Numbered from the stretch's first letter, positions 35,841 to 45,051 are shown. The stretch is 64,000 bases of DNA from Bacteroidales bacterium (GCA_019429365.1 JAHYJD010000002.1:21347-85346), one strand, 5' to 3'. Translations and numbers: made by a program. Notes: generated from the letters alone by a model not told the origin.

Positions 35841-38273
35841 ATGCTCGAACATCAGTTGGATTATTCTGCGCCCGGCCCCGACCCTGATACCCTGGGCATG
35901 GACCGCCGCTGCTTTGTGAAACTGAGCGCCCTTTTTGCCGGCGGGGTGGCGGCCTTTGGCGGCTTGCTGGGCTGCCGCGACGACAAGGATGCGGTGGCCC
36001 TCACAGGCATCCCCGAAAGGGATGGCACCACCATTATGCGGGTGGGCTGCCCTGCGCACAACTGTGGCGGGCGCTGCGTGCTGAAGCTCCATGTGAAGGA
36101 TGGCATCATAAAGCGCATTGAAACCGACGACCGCCCCACCGACGACATCAGCGACCCTCAGCTGCGCGCCTGCATACGCGGCCGTGCTTACCGCCGCCGG
36201 CAGTACCACCCCGACCGCCTCAAATACCCCATGAAGCGCGTGGGCAAGCGCGGCGAAGCCAAGTTCGAACGCATCAGCTGGGATGAAGCCCTCGACATTA
36301 TGGCCGCCCAGCTAAAGCGCGTGAAGCAGCAATACGGCAACGACGCCATACTGGTGCCCTACGGAACGGGCAGCTACAACCAGACCAACGGCCGGCAGAC
36401 GGCAGCCCGCCTGATGAACCTCTATGGCGGATCGCTGGGTTTCTACAACAGCTACAGCTGGGCCTGCATCAGCGCTGCCACACCCTATGTGTTTGGCACG
36501 GGCGTTACGGGCAACCAGCGCCAAGACTGGGTCAACTCAAAATACATTATCATGTGGGGCTGGAACCCCGCCGAGATGCGCGACGGCACCAACAGCGAGT
36601 TTTTCATTAAAAAAGCACGCGAAAACGGCGCCAAGGTCATTTGCATTGACCCGCGCATGAGCATGAGCGCCACCGCACTGGCTGATGAGTGGATACCCAT
36701 CAGACCGGGTACTGACGTGGCCCTGATGAGCGCCATGGCACACGTGATCATCTCCGAAGACCTGCACGACAAGGACTTTATCAGCCGCTGCTGCGTAGGC
36801 TTCGATGCCAGCCAGATGCCAGCAGGCTGCGAAAATGAAGAGAGCTACCACGATTATATTTTTGGCACGCGCGACGGTCAGCCCAAAACGCCCGAATGGG
36901 CCGAAGCCATCACCGGCATACCGCGCGACACCATTGTGCGCATTGCCCGCGATTACGGCAGCATTAAGCCGGCCATGCTTTACCAGGGCTATGGCATGCA
37001 GCGCCGCGCCTATGGCGAGCAGCCCGTGATCGGCGGCTGCGTGCTGGCGGCCATCACCGGCAATGTGGGCATTTCGGGTGGCTGGGCCAGCGGCATTGCA
37101 CTGCAGGCCGACGATGGCGGTCCGTTCTGGAACGTATTTCCAGTAGGTCGCAATCCCGTAAGAGCCACCATTCCGGTATTCCTCTGGACCGAAGGCGTGC
37201 TGCGCGGAAAGGAAATGACCCCAGCCGATGGTGTAAGGGGCGCCGAAAAGCTCGAAAACAACATTAAGCTGATCTGGTGCGTGGCATCGAACATACTCAT
37301 AAACCAGCATGCCGATGTGAACCGCTCGGCCAAAATTCTGGAAGACGAGAGCCTGGTGGAGTTCATTGCGGTGCAGGATCAGTTTTTGACCCCCTCGGCC
37401 CGCTATGCCGACCTGGTGCTGCCGGTGTGCACCCAGTTTGAGACATGGGGCCTGGAGGATGGCTGGAAGTACGGCGATGAAGTAATCCTCATGCCCAAGG
37501 TGGCTGAGCCACCCCACGAAACAAAGAGCGATTATCAGATCTGCGCCGAGCTGGCCGAAAGGCTGGGCCTGCGCGACGAATACACCCTTGGGCGCACCGA
37601 GCGCGACTGGGTCGAATGGGCTGTGAAATACTACCAGAACACCCGCTTCCCCGACATCCCCAGCCTCGACAAACTGCACGAAATGAACCGGGGCGTGTAT
37701 TCCACCCCCATCACCGAGCCGAAGGTAGCCTTTACTGAATTCCGTAAGGATCCCGAAAAGCACCCGCTCAACACCCCTACAGGCAAGGTAGAGATCTTCT
37801 CGAAACGCCTGTTCGATATGGGCAAGCCTGATACCATTCCGGCCGTGCCAAAATACATTCAGGAATGGGAAAGCCCTTTCGGGGAAGAAGCGAAACAATA
37901 TCCGTTGCAGGCCCTGGGCCACCATTACATGCCACGGGTGCACTCCACCCACGACGGCATCGACTGGCTCGAAGAAGCCTTCCCGCAAAGGGTATTCATA
38001 AACCCGATCGATGCCCGCCCGCGCGGGATCAAGGACGGCGACCAAGTCCTGGTTTACAACGAGCGCGGAAAGATCAAGATCCCCTGCCGCCTCACCAGCA
38101 AGATCATGCCCGGAGTGGTAAACATACCGCAGGGCGCCTGGTGGGAGCCCGACAAGGATGGCATTGACCGCCGCGGCAACGTGAACGTGCTCACCAGCCA
38201 TAAATGGACCCCGCTGGCCTATGGCAATGCACAGCATACGATTATGGTGGAAGTAAGGAAAGGTATAGGTTGA
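35841..38273 (+). CDS. dmsA: Anaerobic DMSO-reductase-family molybdopterin oxidoreductase, catalytic subunit (DmsA-like)
   Basis: Twin-arginine leader (MDRRCFVKLSALFAGG; alternative start ATG 35898), N-terminal FeS motif CPAHNCGGRC, DmsA-like C-terminus (NVNVLTSHKWTPLAYGNAQHT). Substrate not determinable. Confidence 0.85.
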   Translation: MLEHQLDYSAPGPDPDTLGMDRRCFVKLSALFAGGVAAFGGLLGCRDDKDAVALTGIPERDGTTIMRVGCPAHNCGGRCVLKLHVKDGIIKRIETDDRPTDDISDPQLRACIRGRAYRRRQYHPDRLKYPMKRVGKRGEAKFERISWDEALDIMAAQLKRVKQQYGNDAILVPYGTGSYNQTNGRQTAARLMNLYGGSLGFYNSYSWACISAATPYVFGTGVTGNQRQDWVNSKYIIMWGWNPAEMRDGTNSEFFIKKARENGAKVICIDPRMSMSATALADEWIPIRPGTDVALMSAMAHVIISEDLHDKDFISRCCVGFDASQMPAGCENEESYHDYIFGTRDGQPKTPEWAEAITGIPRDTIVRIARDYGSIKPAMLYQGYGMQRRAYGEQPVIGGCVLAAITGNVGISGGWASGIALQADDGGPFWNVFPVGRNPVRATIPVFLWTEGVLRGKEMTPADGVRGAEKLENNIKLIWCVASNILINQHADVNRSAKILEDESLVEFIAVQDQFLTPSARYADLVLPVCTQFETWGLEDGWKYGDEVILMPKVAEPPHETKSDYQICAELAERLGLRDEYTLGRTERDWVEWAVKYYQNTRFPDIPSLDKLHEMNRGVYSTPITEPKVAFTEFRKDPEKHPLNTPTGKVEIFSKRLFDMGKPDTIPAVPKYIQEWESPFGEEAKQYPLQALGHHYMPRVHSTHDGIDWLEEAFPQRVFINPIDARPRGIKDGDQVLVYNERGKIKIPCRLTSKIMPGVVNIPQGAWWEPDKDGIDRRGNVNVLTSHKWTPLAYGNAQHTIMVEVRKGIG

Positions 38274-38319
38274 TTGGTAGATTGGTAGATTGGTAGATTA
38301 GTGGATTAGTGGATTGGAG
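38272..38319. repeat. Six tandem octamers (GATTGGTA x3, GATTAGTG x2, GATTGGAG)
   Basis: Read directly. The array begins inside the dmsA stop codon (TGA 38271-73). Confidence 0.9.
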
Positions 38320-38370
38320 CATAATGGTTTTAATTTTTGTCAGTTTGGTGTGGTTTTTTACTTATGCATT

Positions 38371-38409
38371 AATCTGTGTAAATCCGTTAAATCTGCGTAA
38401 TCTGTGTTC
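38371..38409. repeat. Four tandem ~10-bp units AATCYGNKTW
   Basis: AATCTGTGTA / AATCCGTTA / AATCTGCGTA / AATCTGTGTT. The AATC cores are complementary to the GATT cores of the upstream octamer array. Confidence 0.8.
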
Positions 38410-38435
38410 TAAAAAAAATACAAATAAATAATAGA

Positions 38436-39053
38436 ATGTCTCAACTGGGTTTCTTTTTTGATGCGTCGGCTTGTTCGGGTTGCAAGACCTGCCAGGTGGC
38501 CTGTAAGGACAAGAACGACTCGCCCATGGGTGTGCGGTGGCGCCGGGTTTACGAAGTCAGTGGCGGGGAATGGGTGCAGCAGGGACCGGCCTGGGTGCAG
38601 GATATTTTCTCATGGAACGTTTCGATGGCTTGCAACCACTGCATTGATCCCATTTGCCTGAAATCGTGCCCCAACAATGCCATCACCAAAAACGAGATGG
38701 GCCTGGTGCTGATCGACCCCAATAAATGCATGGGCTGCAAATACTGCGAATGGACCTGTCCTTATGGCGCCCTGCAGTTCGACAATGAACGCAAGGTCAT
38801 GAGCAAGTGCGATTTTTGCGCCGATTACCTGGAGCAGGGGAAACCACCCGCTTGCGTTGCCGCCTGCCCCATGCGCGTGATCGACTTCGGCGAGCTGGAA
38901 GAACTCCGCAAGCGCCACGGAAGCCAAAATGAAGTGTTCCCGCTTCCACAGAAAACCTTTACCGACCCAGCACTGGTCGTGAAGCCGCACCCCGGAACCA
39001 AAAAAGCTGAAAAGCATTCACCACACATTGCCAATATTGAGGAGGTACGATAA
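38436..39053 (+). CDS. dmsB: DMSO reductase Fe-S subunit DmsB
   Basis: 205 aa. Collinear with E. coli DmsB as I remember it (GFFFDASACSGCKTCQVACKD..., four Cys groups, ...ELRKRHG). Confidence 0.9.
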   Translation: MSQLGFFFDASACSGCKTCQVACKDKNDSPMGVRWRRVYEVSGGEWVQQGPAWVQDIFSWNVSMACNHCIDPICLKSCPNNAITKNEMGLVLIDPNKCMGCKYCEWTCPYGALQFDNERKVMSKCDFCADYLEQGKPPACVAACPMRVIDFGELEELRKRHGSQNEVFPLPQKTFTDPALVVKPHPGTKKAEKHSPHIANIEEVR

Positions 39054-39923
39054 ATGAACAGCAACGAATGGCCCCTGGTATTTTTTACCCTGCTCTCGCA
39101 ATTAAGCATGGGAATTATTCTGGCCGGACTGGTAACTTTTCTTTTTTTGAGAAATCAGGAATTCACTTCCAATACAGAATTGAAGCGTTTGGTTACCTTC
39201 ATTGCCATGTCGGGTATGGCCGTGGCCCTGGTGCTTTCGTTTCTGCACCTGGCAAAACCGCTGCATTCGGTATATGCCCTGGGGAATATGGGCAGTTCAT
39301 TCCTGAGTCGCGAGATCCTGCTGGTGTCGCTGTTCCTTTTCACGCTTACCTTAGCCTGGACATCGGTTCGTTTTGGTCTACCCTCAGCGGTTTCGTTCAA
39401 TTTCCTCTATCTGGCAGCCCTGTTTACCGGAATTCTGCTGGTATGGGTTATGGCCAGGCTTTATATGATCCCTACCGTGCCTGCCTGGAACACCCCGCTC
39501 ACCATACTGAAGTTCTTCAACAGCGGACTGCTGCTGGGTGCAGGGGCTATGCTGGTGGCAGTGGTTTTTCTTCATGGAAAAGGCATTGAAATACCAAGGG
39601 TGCAGCAGATGGTAACCATTCTTTTTTACCTGATGGCCCTGGGTGTATTCATTCATTTGACCACCGCCCTAATTCCTGTGGCAGCGCACGAAGGCATGCA
39701 TTCATCCTTCCCCGCGCCTTTGATCCCCTTTGCCTGGAAAGCCGCCCGACTGCTGTTTCTGATGCTGGGTTTCTCGCTGCTGGCATGGTGGTACCCCGGG
39801 TTCGTTTCCATGACCTCGCGCGGGGCCCCATACTGGGCTTACTTGGCTTTCATCCTGCTTTTCCTTTCGGAAATATGCGGGCGCTATATCTTCTATGCAT
39901 CTTATTACCGGGTTGGAGTCTGA
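39054..39923 (+). CDS. dmsC: DMSO reductase membrane anchor DmsC
   Basis: 289 aa, about 8 TM segments. N-terminal NEWPLVFFTLLSQ resembles the DmsC HEWPLMIFTVFGQ motif. The start abuts the dmsB stop. Confidence 0.8.
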   Translation: MNSNEWPLVFFTLLSQLSMGIILAGLVTFLFLRNQEFTSNTELKRLVTFIAMSGMAVALVLSFLHLAKPLHSVYALGNMGSSFLSREILLVSLFLFTLTLAWTSVRFGLPSAVSFNFLYLAALFTGILLVWVMARLYMIPTVPAWNTPLTILKFFNSGLLLGAGAMLVAVVFLHGKGIEIPRVQQMVTILFYLMALGVFIHLTTALIPVAAHEGMHSSFPAPLIPFAWKAARLLFLMLGFSLLAWWYPGFVSMTSRGAPYWAYLAFILLFLSEICGRYIFYASYYRVGV

Positions 39924-40004
39924 AAGATGAGAAAAAGAGAAAGAGTGAAAAAGTGAAGGGGAGAAAGTAAGAAAATGAGAAGGTGAGATATTAAAAGAAA
40001 AAAA
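39921..40004 (+). repeat. 84-nt cytosine-free purine-rich low-complexity tract (GAGAAA/GTGAAA words)
   Basis: There is no C on the + strand from 39921 (the dmsC stop) to 40004. It fills the dmsC-mobA gap. Confidence 0.9.
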
Positions 40005-40016
40005 CGTTTTGGGTTG

Positions 40017-40610
40017 ATGAATTCCAGTTGGGACAGGAAGCAGATTTCAGGGGTTGTTTTGGCAGGTGGCAAAAGCAGCCGCTTCGGGCAGGATAAAGGT
40101 TTGTTTCCCTTCCGGGGAAAGGCTTTGGTGGAGCATGCCATCGACATCCTGAAGCCTCTTTGCAGCGAAATCCTGATCAGCACAAATAATCCCGATGCAT
40201 ACGGTTTCACGGGTCAAAAAACAATCGCAGACATCCACGCCGGCTGCGGCCCCATTGGCGGCATGCACAGCGGGCTTTTTAATGCCAGTGGCCAAATAGT
40301 TCTTTTCCTGGGTTGCGATATGCCTTTTGTGGATAGCAAAGTCTTTTCGTTTTTGCTGGAAAATATCGCCGTAAACCATGCTGCCGTGGCCATGCACAAT
40401 GGTTTCCGCGAAACGCTTTGCATGGCCTTGAAAAAAGAAAGCCTGCCCCTTGTGGAACAGGCCATTGCCGAAAAAAAATACAAGATTCTTGATATGCTCG
40501 AAATGCTTAGCGTAAGCTATCCTGAGTTAAGCACCCAGTCTTTCTTTCACCGCGATATGTTTCACAACATTAATTTTCGGGAGGATCTTCCCCCTGATCG
40601 GAAACAATAG
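40017..40610 (+). CDS. mobA: Molybdenum cofactor guanylyltransferase MobA
   Basis: GVVLAGGKSSRFGQDKGL nucleotide-binding motif and about 197 aa. The track start 40014 is TTG; ATG 40017 is preferred. Confidence 0.85.
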   Translation: MNSSWDRKQISGVVLAGGKSSRFGQDKGLFPFRGKALVEHAIDILKPLCSEILISTNNPDAYGFTGQKTIADIHAGCGPIGGMHSGLFNASGQIVLFLGCDMPFVDSKVFSFLLENIAVNHAAVAMHNGFRETLCMALKKESLPLVEQAIAEKKYKILDMLEMLSVSYPELSTQSFFHRDMFHNINFREDLPPDRKQ

Positions 40611-40983
40611 ACGGACCAGTATTGAGTTTATAATCTTTAACTAGAATACCGGCTGATAAATTAAGCCTGGAAGTCAGTTTTCTGATCATCTCAACAGTAA
40701 GTTTTCTTTTGCGGTTCAAAATCTCCGAAACCCTGCTTTTCCCACCAATTTCATTAACTAGGTCACTCTGTTTCAGATTTAACTCTTCCATTCTGATTTT
40801 AATAGCGGCAATGGGGTCAGGCGCTTCAATCGGGTAATGCTTCTTTTCGTAATCGTCGATAAGCAAAGCCAGCACATCTGCCTCATCGCTTTCAGGAGTA
40901 CCAACAGGAGCATCAAAAAGAATCTCCAGTCTTTTCAACGCCTTTTCATAGTCAGCTTTTTTCTTAATAATTTTTATGTCCAT
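40570..40983 (-). CDS. higA: HigA-type antitoxin (XRE-family HTH)
   Basis: 137 aa. C-terminal HTH (QSDLVNEIGGKSRVSEILNRKRKLTVEMIRKL). Located immediately downstream of the toxin gene, which is the HigBA order. Confidence 0.75.
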   Translation of the reverse strand: MDIKIIKKKADYEKALKRLEILFDAPVGTPESDEADVLALLIDDYEKKHYPIEAPDPIAAIKIRMEELNLKQSDLVNEIGGKSRVSEILNRKRKLTVEMIRKLTSRLNLSAGILVKDYKLNTGPSIVSDQGEDPPEN

Positions 40984-40995
40984 GGTTTTAATTGA

Positions 40996-41292
40996 TCAAA
41001 TTAGGTTTGCATCAATTTTATCGTATTCAGCATGGGTTCCGATAAAACGAACAAAGGCCCATTGCTTCTCAAAATTGAACTTCACAACCAGTCTGAAGGT
41101 ATTTCCCTTTATGTTAAAAACTACCCTCGAATTTTTCAATATACTGGCAGTGGCATAAGCACTTTTTATCTCATTGGGATTCTTCCATTCAGAGCTCATT
41201 GTGGTATCATACCAGGTTTTTAGGTATTGTTCAGTTTCAGGGTGTTTCTCCCAAAAACTCCGCAAGGTACTCTTCGAAAAGATCCGCTCCAT
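40996..41292 (-). CDS. higB: HigB-type toxin (RelE-superfamily mRNA interferase)
   Basis: 98 aa. Sequence (FWEKHPETEQYLKTWYD...VFNIKGNTFRLVVKFNF...VRFIGTHAEYDKI) matches the HigB-toxin family pattern as I recall it. Confidence 0.75.
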   Translation of the reverse strand: MERIFSKSTLRSFWEKHPETEQYLKTWYDTTMSSEWKNPNEIKSAYATASILKNSRVVFNIKGNTFRLVVKFNFEKQWAFVRFIGTHAEYDKIDANLI

Positions 41293-41310
41293 TTTCTGAA
41301 AAATGATTTA

Positions 41311-41318
41311 CAAATTTA
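41311..41318 (-). promoter_or_regulatory. Candidate -7 box TAAATTTG for higBA
   Basis: The minus-strand sequence TAAATTTG matches TAnnTTTG, about 20 nt upstream of the higB ATG. A small inverted repeat AGTTC-N9-GAACT (41325-41343) lies just upstream. Confidence 0.3.
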
Positions 41319-41351
41319 ATAAAAAGTTCTCGATTTGGGAACTGTGTTGTA

Positions 41352-42236
41352 TTAATTTTTACAATCCTCATTCACATCCAATACATACCTTTCAATCACC
41401 CCAATTTGCGAAGCGGTTTCCCAGCCATCAAAGCCGGTGATTTGCTCATAAGCAACCGATTGTTTGAAAGCCTCAAGGTACAATTCCGATACCGGTTTAT
41501 ACGACCAGTGCCATTTTTCTTCTTCATAACCACCATTGCGATTGGCACCTTGTGCGGTGTATGGCTGACAAAAACCAAATTGGGCGGCGTTCTGCTGCAG
41601 CCATTCATAAACCCTTTTTCCCTGACCTGACTCGAAATGACTGTTTACCAGGCTGTTCAGGTCAATGTCGGTGCCCCAGTGGTGGCGCGAGGTGCCGGGC
41701 ATGGCGCTGAAACGCAGTATCTCGCGGGCGCGCTCAACAGGATCGGTAATGCTCGTAGCACTAATGTTTCCTTCGAGCATTTGCCGGCCATTCCATTTGT
41801 CATTCCAGATGCGGCGCTGGTGGTTATAAGTGCGCATGGCCGAAACAATCACAAGGTTTACCCCATCGGCACGCGCTGCTTCAAGCATTTTTACAAAAGC
41901 TTCATAGGCCTCCCTGCGCATAAACATGCCCGAACGGGTGGCATACTTTGCCTCAATTGCCGCAAAATGAGGGTTGGATGCCGGGTCAACCTTACCCATC
42001 AACAGTTCAAGGGTAATTGGTTCTGTAACTTCAGGAGTTTGGGGTTCCATATTTTCTTGGGTTTCGGTTATCTGGGTAGTTTGCAAGGTCTCGACTTGCG
42101 GCTGAGCAGGCATTATTGCCCTGCGGGAGGCACGCTCGCCCCTGGAAAAAATGAACAGCACAGCCAATAAAACGACCAGGGCAGCCAGCAACCAGCTTTT
42201 TGGATGATTGTTGTTTCTTTTGTTTTTCAATGCCAA
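41352..42236 (-). CDS. M15-family (VanY-like) D-Ala-D-Ala carboxypeptidase, membrane-anchored
   Basis: N-terminal TM helix. SAMRTYNHQ and SRHHWGTDIDL motifs (SxHxxGxAxD type). The start is a TTG at 42236, so the start is uncertain. Confidence 0.7.
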   Translation of the reverse strand: MALKNKRNNNHPKSWLLAALVVLLAVLFIFSRGERASRRAIMPAQPQVETLQTTQITETQENMEPQTPEVTEPITLELLMGKVDPASNPHFAAIEAKYATRSGMFMRREAYEAFVKMLEAARADGVNLVIVSAMRTYNHQRRIWNDKWNGRQMLEGNISATSITDPVERAREILRFSAMPGTSRHHWGTDIDLNSLVNSHFESGQGKRVYEWLQQNAAQFGFCQPYTAQGANRNGGYEEEKWHWSYKPVSELYLEAFKQSVAYEQITGFDGWETASQIGVIERYVLDVNEDCKN

Positions 42237-42302
42237 TCATGTTAAGAGAAACAAATTTACCGAAATATTAAACATTGGCTGGTAACTTCATTTTATTAAG
42301 CA

Positions 42303-42535
42303 TCGCCCTTACAGGGCTTGCGAATTAAGGATTGGGCTAAACACAGGGTTAGCACCCTGCGCTTACACGTTTTGCCCCTTCAGGGCAAAATTTTGAATCT
42401 TGTGATCCAAAGGTTTTTATAAAGTTTCTCCACAGCAAAGGGGCGAAGCCCCGAAACTTAAAAGCACAGGGTGGAGCGAAGCGAAACCCTGTGTGTGAAA
42501 ACCCAGAAAAAAATTAAGCCCTGAAGGGGCGAAAC
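42303..42535. repeat. Structured palindromic repeat element, copy B (single full element)
   Basis: TCGCCCTTACAGGGCTTGCG...ACACAGGGTTAGCACCCTGCGCTTACACGTTTTGCCCCTTCAGGGCAA ... GGGGCGAAGCCCCGAAACTTAAAAGCACAGGGTGGAGCGAAGCGAAACCCTGTG...AAGCCCTGAAGGGGCGAAAC. Same family as A1 and A2. Confidence 0.85.
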
Positions 42536-42618
42536 ATTGTTACCCATAAAAAAGCTAAAATAATCAGAAACCATTAAATTTGAATCACTATTCCCAATTC
42601 TAAGAAGAGCTATCAACC

Positions 42619-43029
42619 ATGCCCCTCCCACCTGTAACAGAGCGCAATTTTTACCCGGAATTCCGGTTTCAGACCTCGCGCAGCAGTGGTCCGGGCGGGC
42701 AGCATGTAAACAAGACCGAAAGCCGGGTGGAGCTGTTTTTCAACATCGATGCTTCAACACAGCTTGACGACGAAGAGAAGGAACGCCTTCAGCGGAAGCT
42801 AAAAAAACGCATAAATGCCGATGGCGAATTGATCATTGCGTCAGAAATCACCCGCTCACAAATCCGCAACAAGGAGGATTGCATAAAAAAATTCTTTGAG
42901 CTGATTGAAAAGGTGCTAACGATAGAGAAAAAGCGCATTGCCACCCGTCCTTCCCTGGCTGCCAGAAAAAAAAGACTGGAGACCAAGCGCCTCCAGTCTG
43001 AAAAAAAGCAGTTGCGAAAAAAGCCCTGA
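42619..43029 (+). CDS. arfB: Alternative ribosome-rescue factor ArfB (peptidyl-tRNA hydrolase)
   Basis: 136 aa. GGQ motif (SSGPGGQHVNKTESRVEL) and a basic C-terminal tail. Confidence 0.9.
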   Translation: MPLPPVTERNFYPEFRFQTSRSSGPGGQHVNKTESRVELFFNIDASTQLDDEEKERLQRKLKKRINADGELIIASEITRSQIRNKEDCIKKFFELIEKVLTIEKKRIATRPSLAARKKRLETKRLQSEKKQLRKKP

Positions 43030-45051
43030 TTACTTCAGATACTGATCGAGCCATTTGAAAAACTCGCGCTGCCACAGGATGCCGTTTTGCGGGCTGAGCA
43101 CCCAGTGGTTCTCTTCAGGGAATACCATGAAACGGCTGGGAATACCTTGCAGTTGTGCAGCGTTAAAAGCCTCCATCCCCTGACCATATGGCACGCGGAA
43201 ATCTTTCAATCCGTGAATGACCAGTATCGGCGTATCCCAGTTGCCCACGAAAAGATGGGGCGAAAAGTCGTAGTTTCTTGGCCGCGGCTCCGCGTAATAT
43301 GCCCCGCCCATATCCCAGTTGGCGAAAAACATTTCTTCGGTGGTGCCATACCAGCTTTCGAAGTTGAACATGCCGCAGTGGGCCACGAAGGCGCTGAAGC
43401 GGTTCTGGTGGTTGCCAGCCAGCCAGAATACGGAGAACCCGCCATAACTGGCCCCAACTGCCCCCAGGCGTTTCTCATCCACATAAGGTTCGGCAGCAAT
43501 GGCATCGATGGCGCTGAGCAGGTCGAGCTTGTTTTGCCCGCCATAGTCCTGGCTGATCTGATCGTTCCATTCCTGCCCGAAAGTGGGCACACCCCGGCGG
43601 TTGGGTGCCACCACAATGTATCCCTGCGAAGCCATTAGCTGAAAGTTCCAGCGATAGGAATAGCCCTGGCTGATGGCGTTTTGCGGACCGCCGCCGCAAA
43701 AGAGCAGGGCAGGATATTTTTTGTTGGGGTCGAAATCGGGCGGATAGATTACCCAGGCATGCATATCCTTGTTGTCGGAAGTCTTGATCCAGCGTTCCTC
43801 CACACGACCAAGGGCTGTGCGCTCCAGCAACTCCGCATTCGCAAAGGTTAACTGCTGCTGCACTGTGCCACGGCGGGTTTCCTCAATTCGGTAAATCTCG
43901 GTGGGAACCGACATGCTGACGCGCTGACCAACCAGATATCTGCCGGCCACAGCCACCGACTGGTAGTTGTGCATTCCGTCGGTGATTTTGTTTATGCTGC
44001 CGTTGGCAAGCTCGAGCGAGTAGATCTGGTAGGTGGCATGCTGACCGCTGATAAAATAGAGTTTGCGGCTGTCGGCCGACCAGGTGAGGTTGCTGCTGCT
44101 CTGGTCGAAGCCTTCCGAATAATCGCGGTGTGTACCGGCTTGCAGGTCCATAATCATGATGCGGGTCTTATCGGCTTCAAAGCCTTCGCGTTCCATGCTT
44201 TCCCAAGCTAGGTACCGTCCATTGGGCGAAATGGACGGGTTCTTGTCGTAGCCATAGTTAAAGGGTGTCAGGTCGCGGGTTTCACGGGTCTCAAGGTCGT
44301 ACAGATACAGGTTGGAATTGGTGCTCACGGCAAATTCCTTGCCGAATTTCTTTTTCGACGTGTAAACCAGGAAGCGGCCATCAGGGCTCCAGGTAATTTC
44401 CGAACTGCCACCAAACGGAGGCACCGGCGAATCGTATGGTTCACCTTCCATAATATCGGTATGGCGGCCAATGGAGCCATCGAGGTAAGGTGCCACGAAC
44501 ACATGGCTGAATGTGCCGTCTTTCCATTGGTCCCAGTGGCGGTACATCAGGTCATCATAAATCATGGCATTGGCCATGGGCAGGTCGGTATGCACATCGT
44601 TCACCGTGGGCATTACGCGCACCCTTTTAGTGAAATGAATGTGTTTCATATCGGGCGAATAGCCAAAACCTGTTACACCGCCCGAAATCTCAGTAATCTT
44701 CACCTGGTTACTGCCATCAGGCTCCATTTCCCAAACCTGTCCGCCGCGCATAAATCCGATCTTTTTGCCATCGGGGCGCCATTGCGCATTCGACTCGCTG
44801 GTAGTGGAGTTGGTAAGGTTGCGGGCCTGTCCGCCAGCAACGGGAACCACGAAAAGGTTACGTACGCCGCGATTTTCCTGCACATTGTAAGTGGTGACCC
44901 CGTAAAGCACCTGGGTGCCATCTGGCGACACCTGCGCATCGCTCACACGGCCAAACTCCCAGAGCGTTTCAGGGACCATTGGCGCTTTCTGCGAAAGCAC
45001 ATTAAAAACGACACCAAAAAGCATCGCCGAAAGAAAAAGTAATCTCTTCAT
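43030..45051 (-). CDS. Secreted S9-family serine peptidase (beta-propeller plus alpha/beta hydrolase)
   Basis: 673 aa. Signal peptide. Nucleophile elbow GASYGG. The C-terminal catalytic region is typical of prolyl-oligopeptidase/acylaminoacyl-peptidase relatives. Confidence 0.8.
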   Translation of the reverse strand: MKRLLFLSAMLFGVVFNVLSQKAPMVPETLWEFGRVSDAQVSPDGTQVLYGVTTYNVQENRGVRNLFVVPVAGGQARNLTNSTTSESNAQWRPDGKKIGFMRGGQVWEMEPDGSNQVKITEISGGVTGFGYSPDMKHIHFTKRVRVMPTVNDVHTDLPMANAMIYDDLMYRHWDQWKDGTFSHVFVAPYLDGSIGRHTDIMEGEPYDSPVPPFGGSSEITWSPDGRFLVYTSKKKFGKEFAVSTNSNLYLYDLETRETRDLTPFNYGYDKNPSISPNGRYLAWESMEREGFEADKTRIMIMDLQAGTHRDYSEGFDQSSSNLTWSADSRKLYFISGQHATYQIYSLELANGSINKITDGMHNYQSVAVAGRYLVGQRVSMSVPTEIYRIEETRRGTVQQQLTFANAELLERTALGRVEERWIKTSDNKDMHAWVIYPPDFDPNKKYPALLFCGGGPQNAISQGYSYRWNFQLMASQGYIVVAPNRRGVPTFGQEWNDQISQDYGGQNKLDLLSAIDAIAAEPYVDEKRLGAVGASYGGFSVFWLAGNHQNRFSAFVAHCGMFNFESWYGTTEEMFFANWDMGGAYYAEPRPRNYDFSPHLFVGNWDTPILVIHGLKDFRVPYGQGMEAFNAAQLQGIPSRFMVFPEENHWVLSPQNGILWQREFFKWLDQYLK

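Noticed and set aside
36537-38237. 566-aa ORF on the minus strand, antisense to dmsA. Similar long antisense ORFs occur at 31486-32490, 30132-31052, 57303-58100 and 18964-19725.
   Set aside because: Each lies entirely inside a confidently identified gene on the other strand. Their composition is Gly/Ala/His/Arg-rich and low-complexity with no recognisable motifs, which is typical of shadow ORFs in GC-rich coding DNA.
35841-38273. In-frame TGA (selenocysteine) or a split in the molybdoenzyme or the hydrogenase large subunit.
   Set aside because: Both ORFs are continuous from start to stop with all expected motifs, so no recoding is needed.
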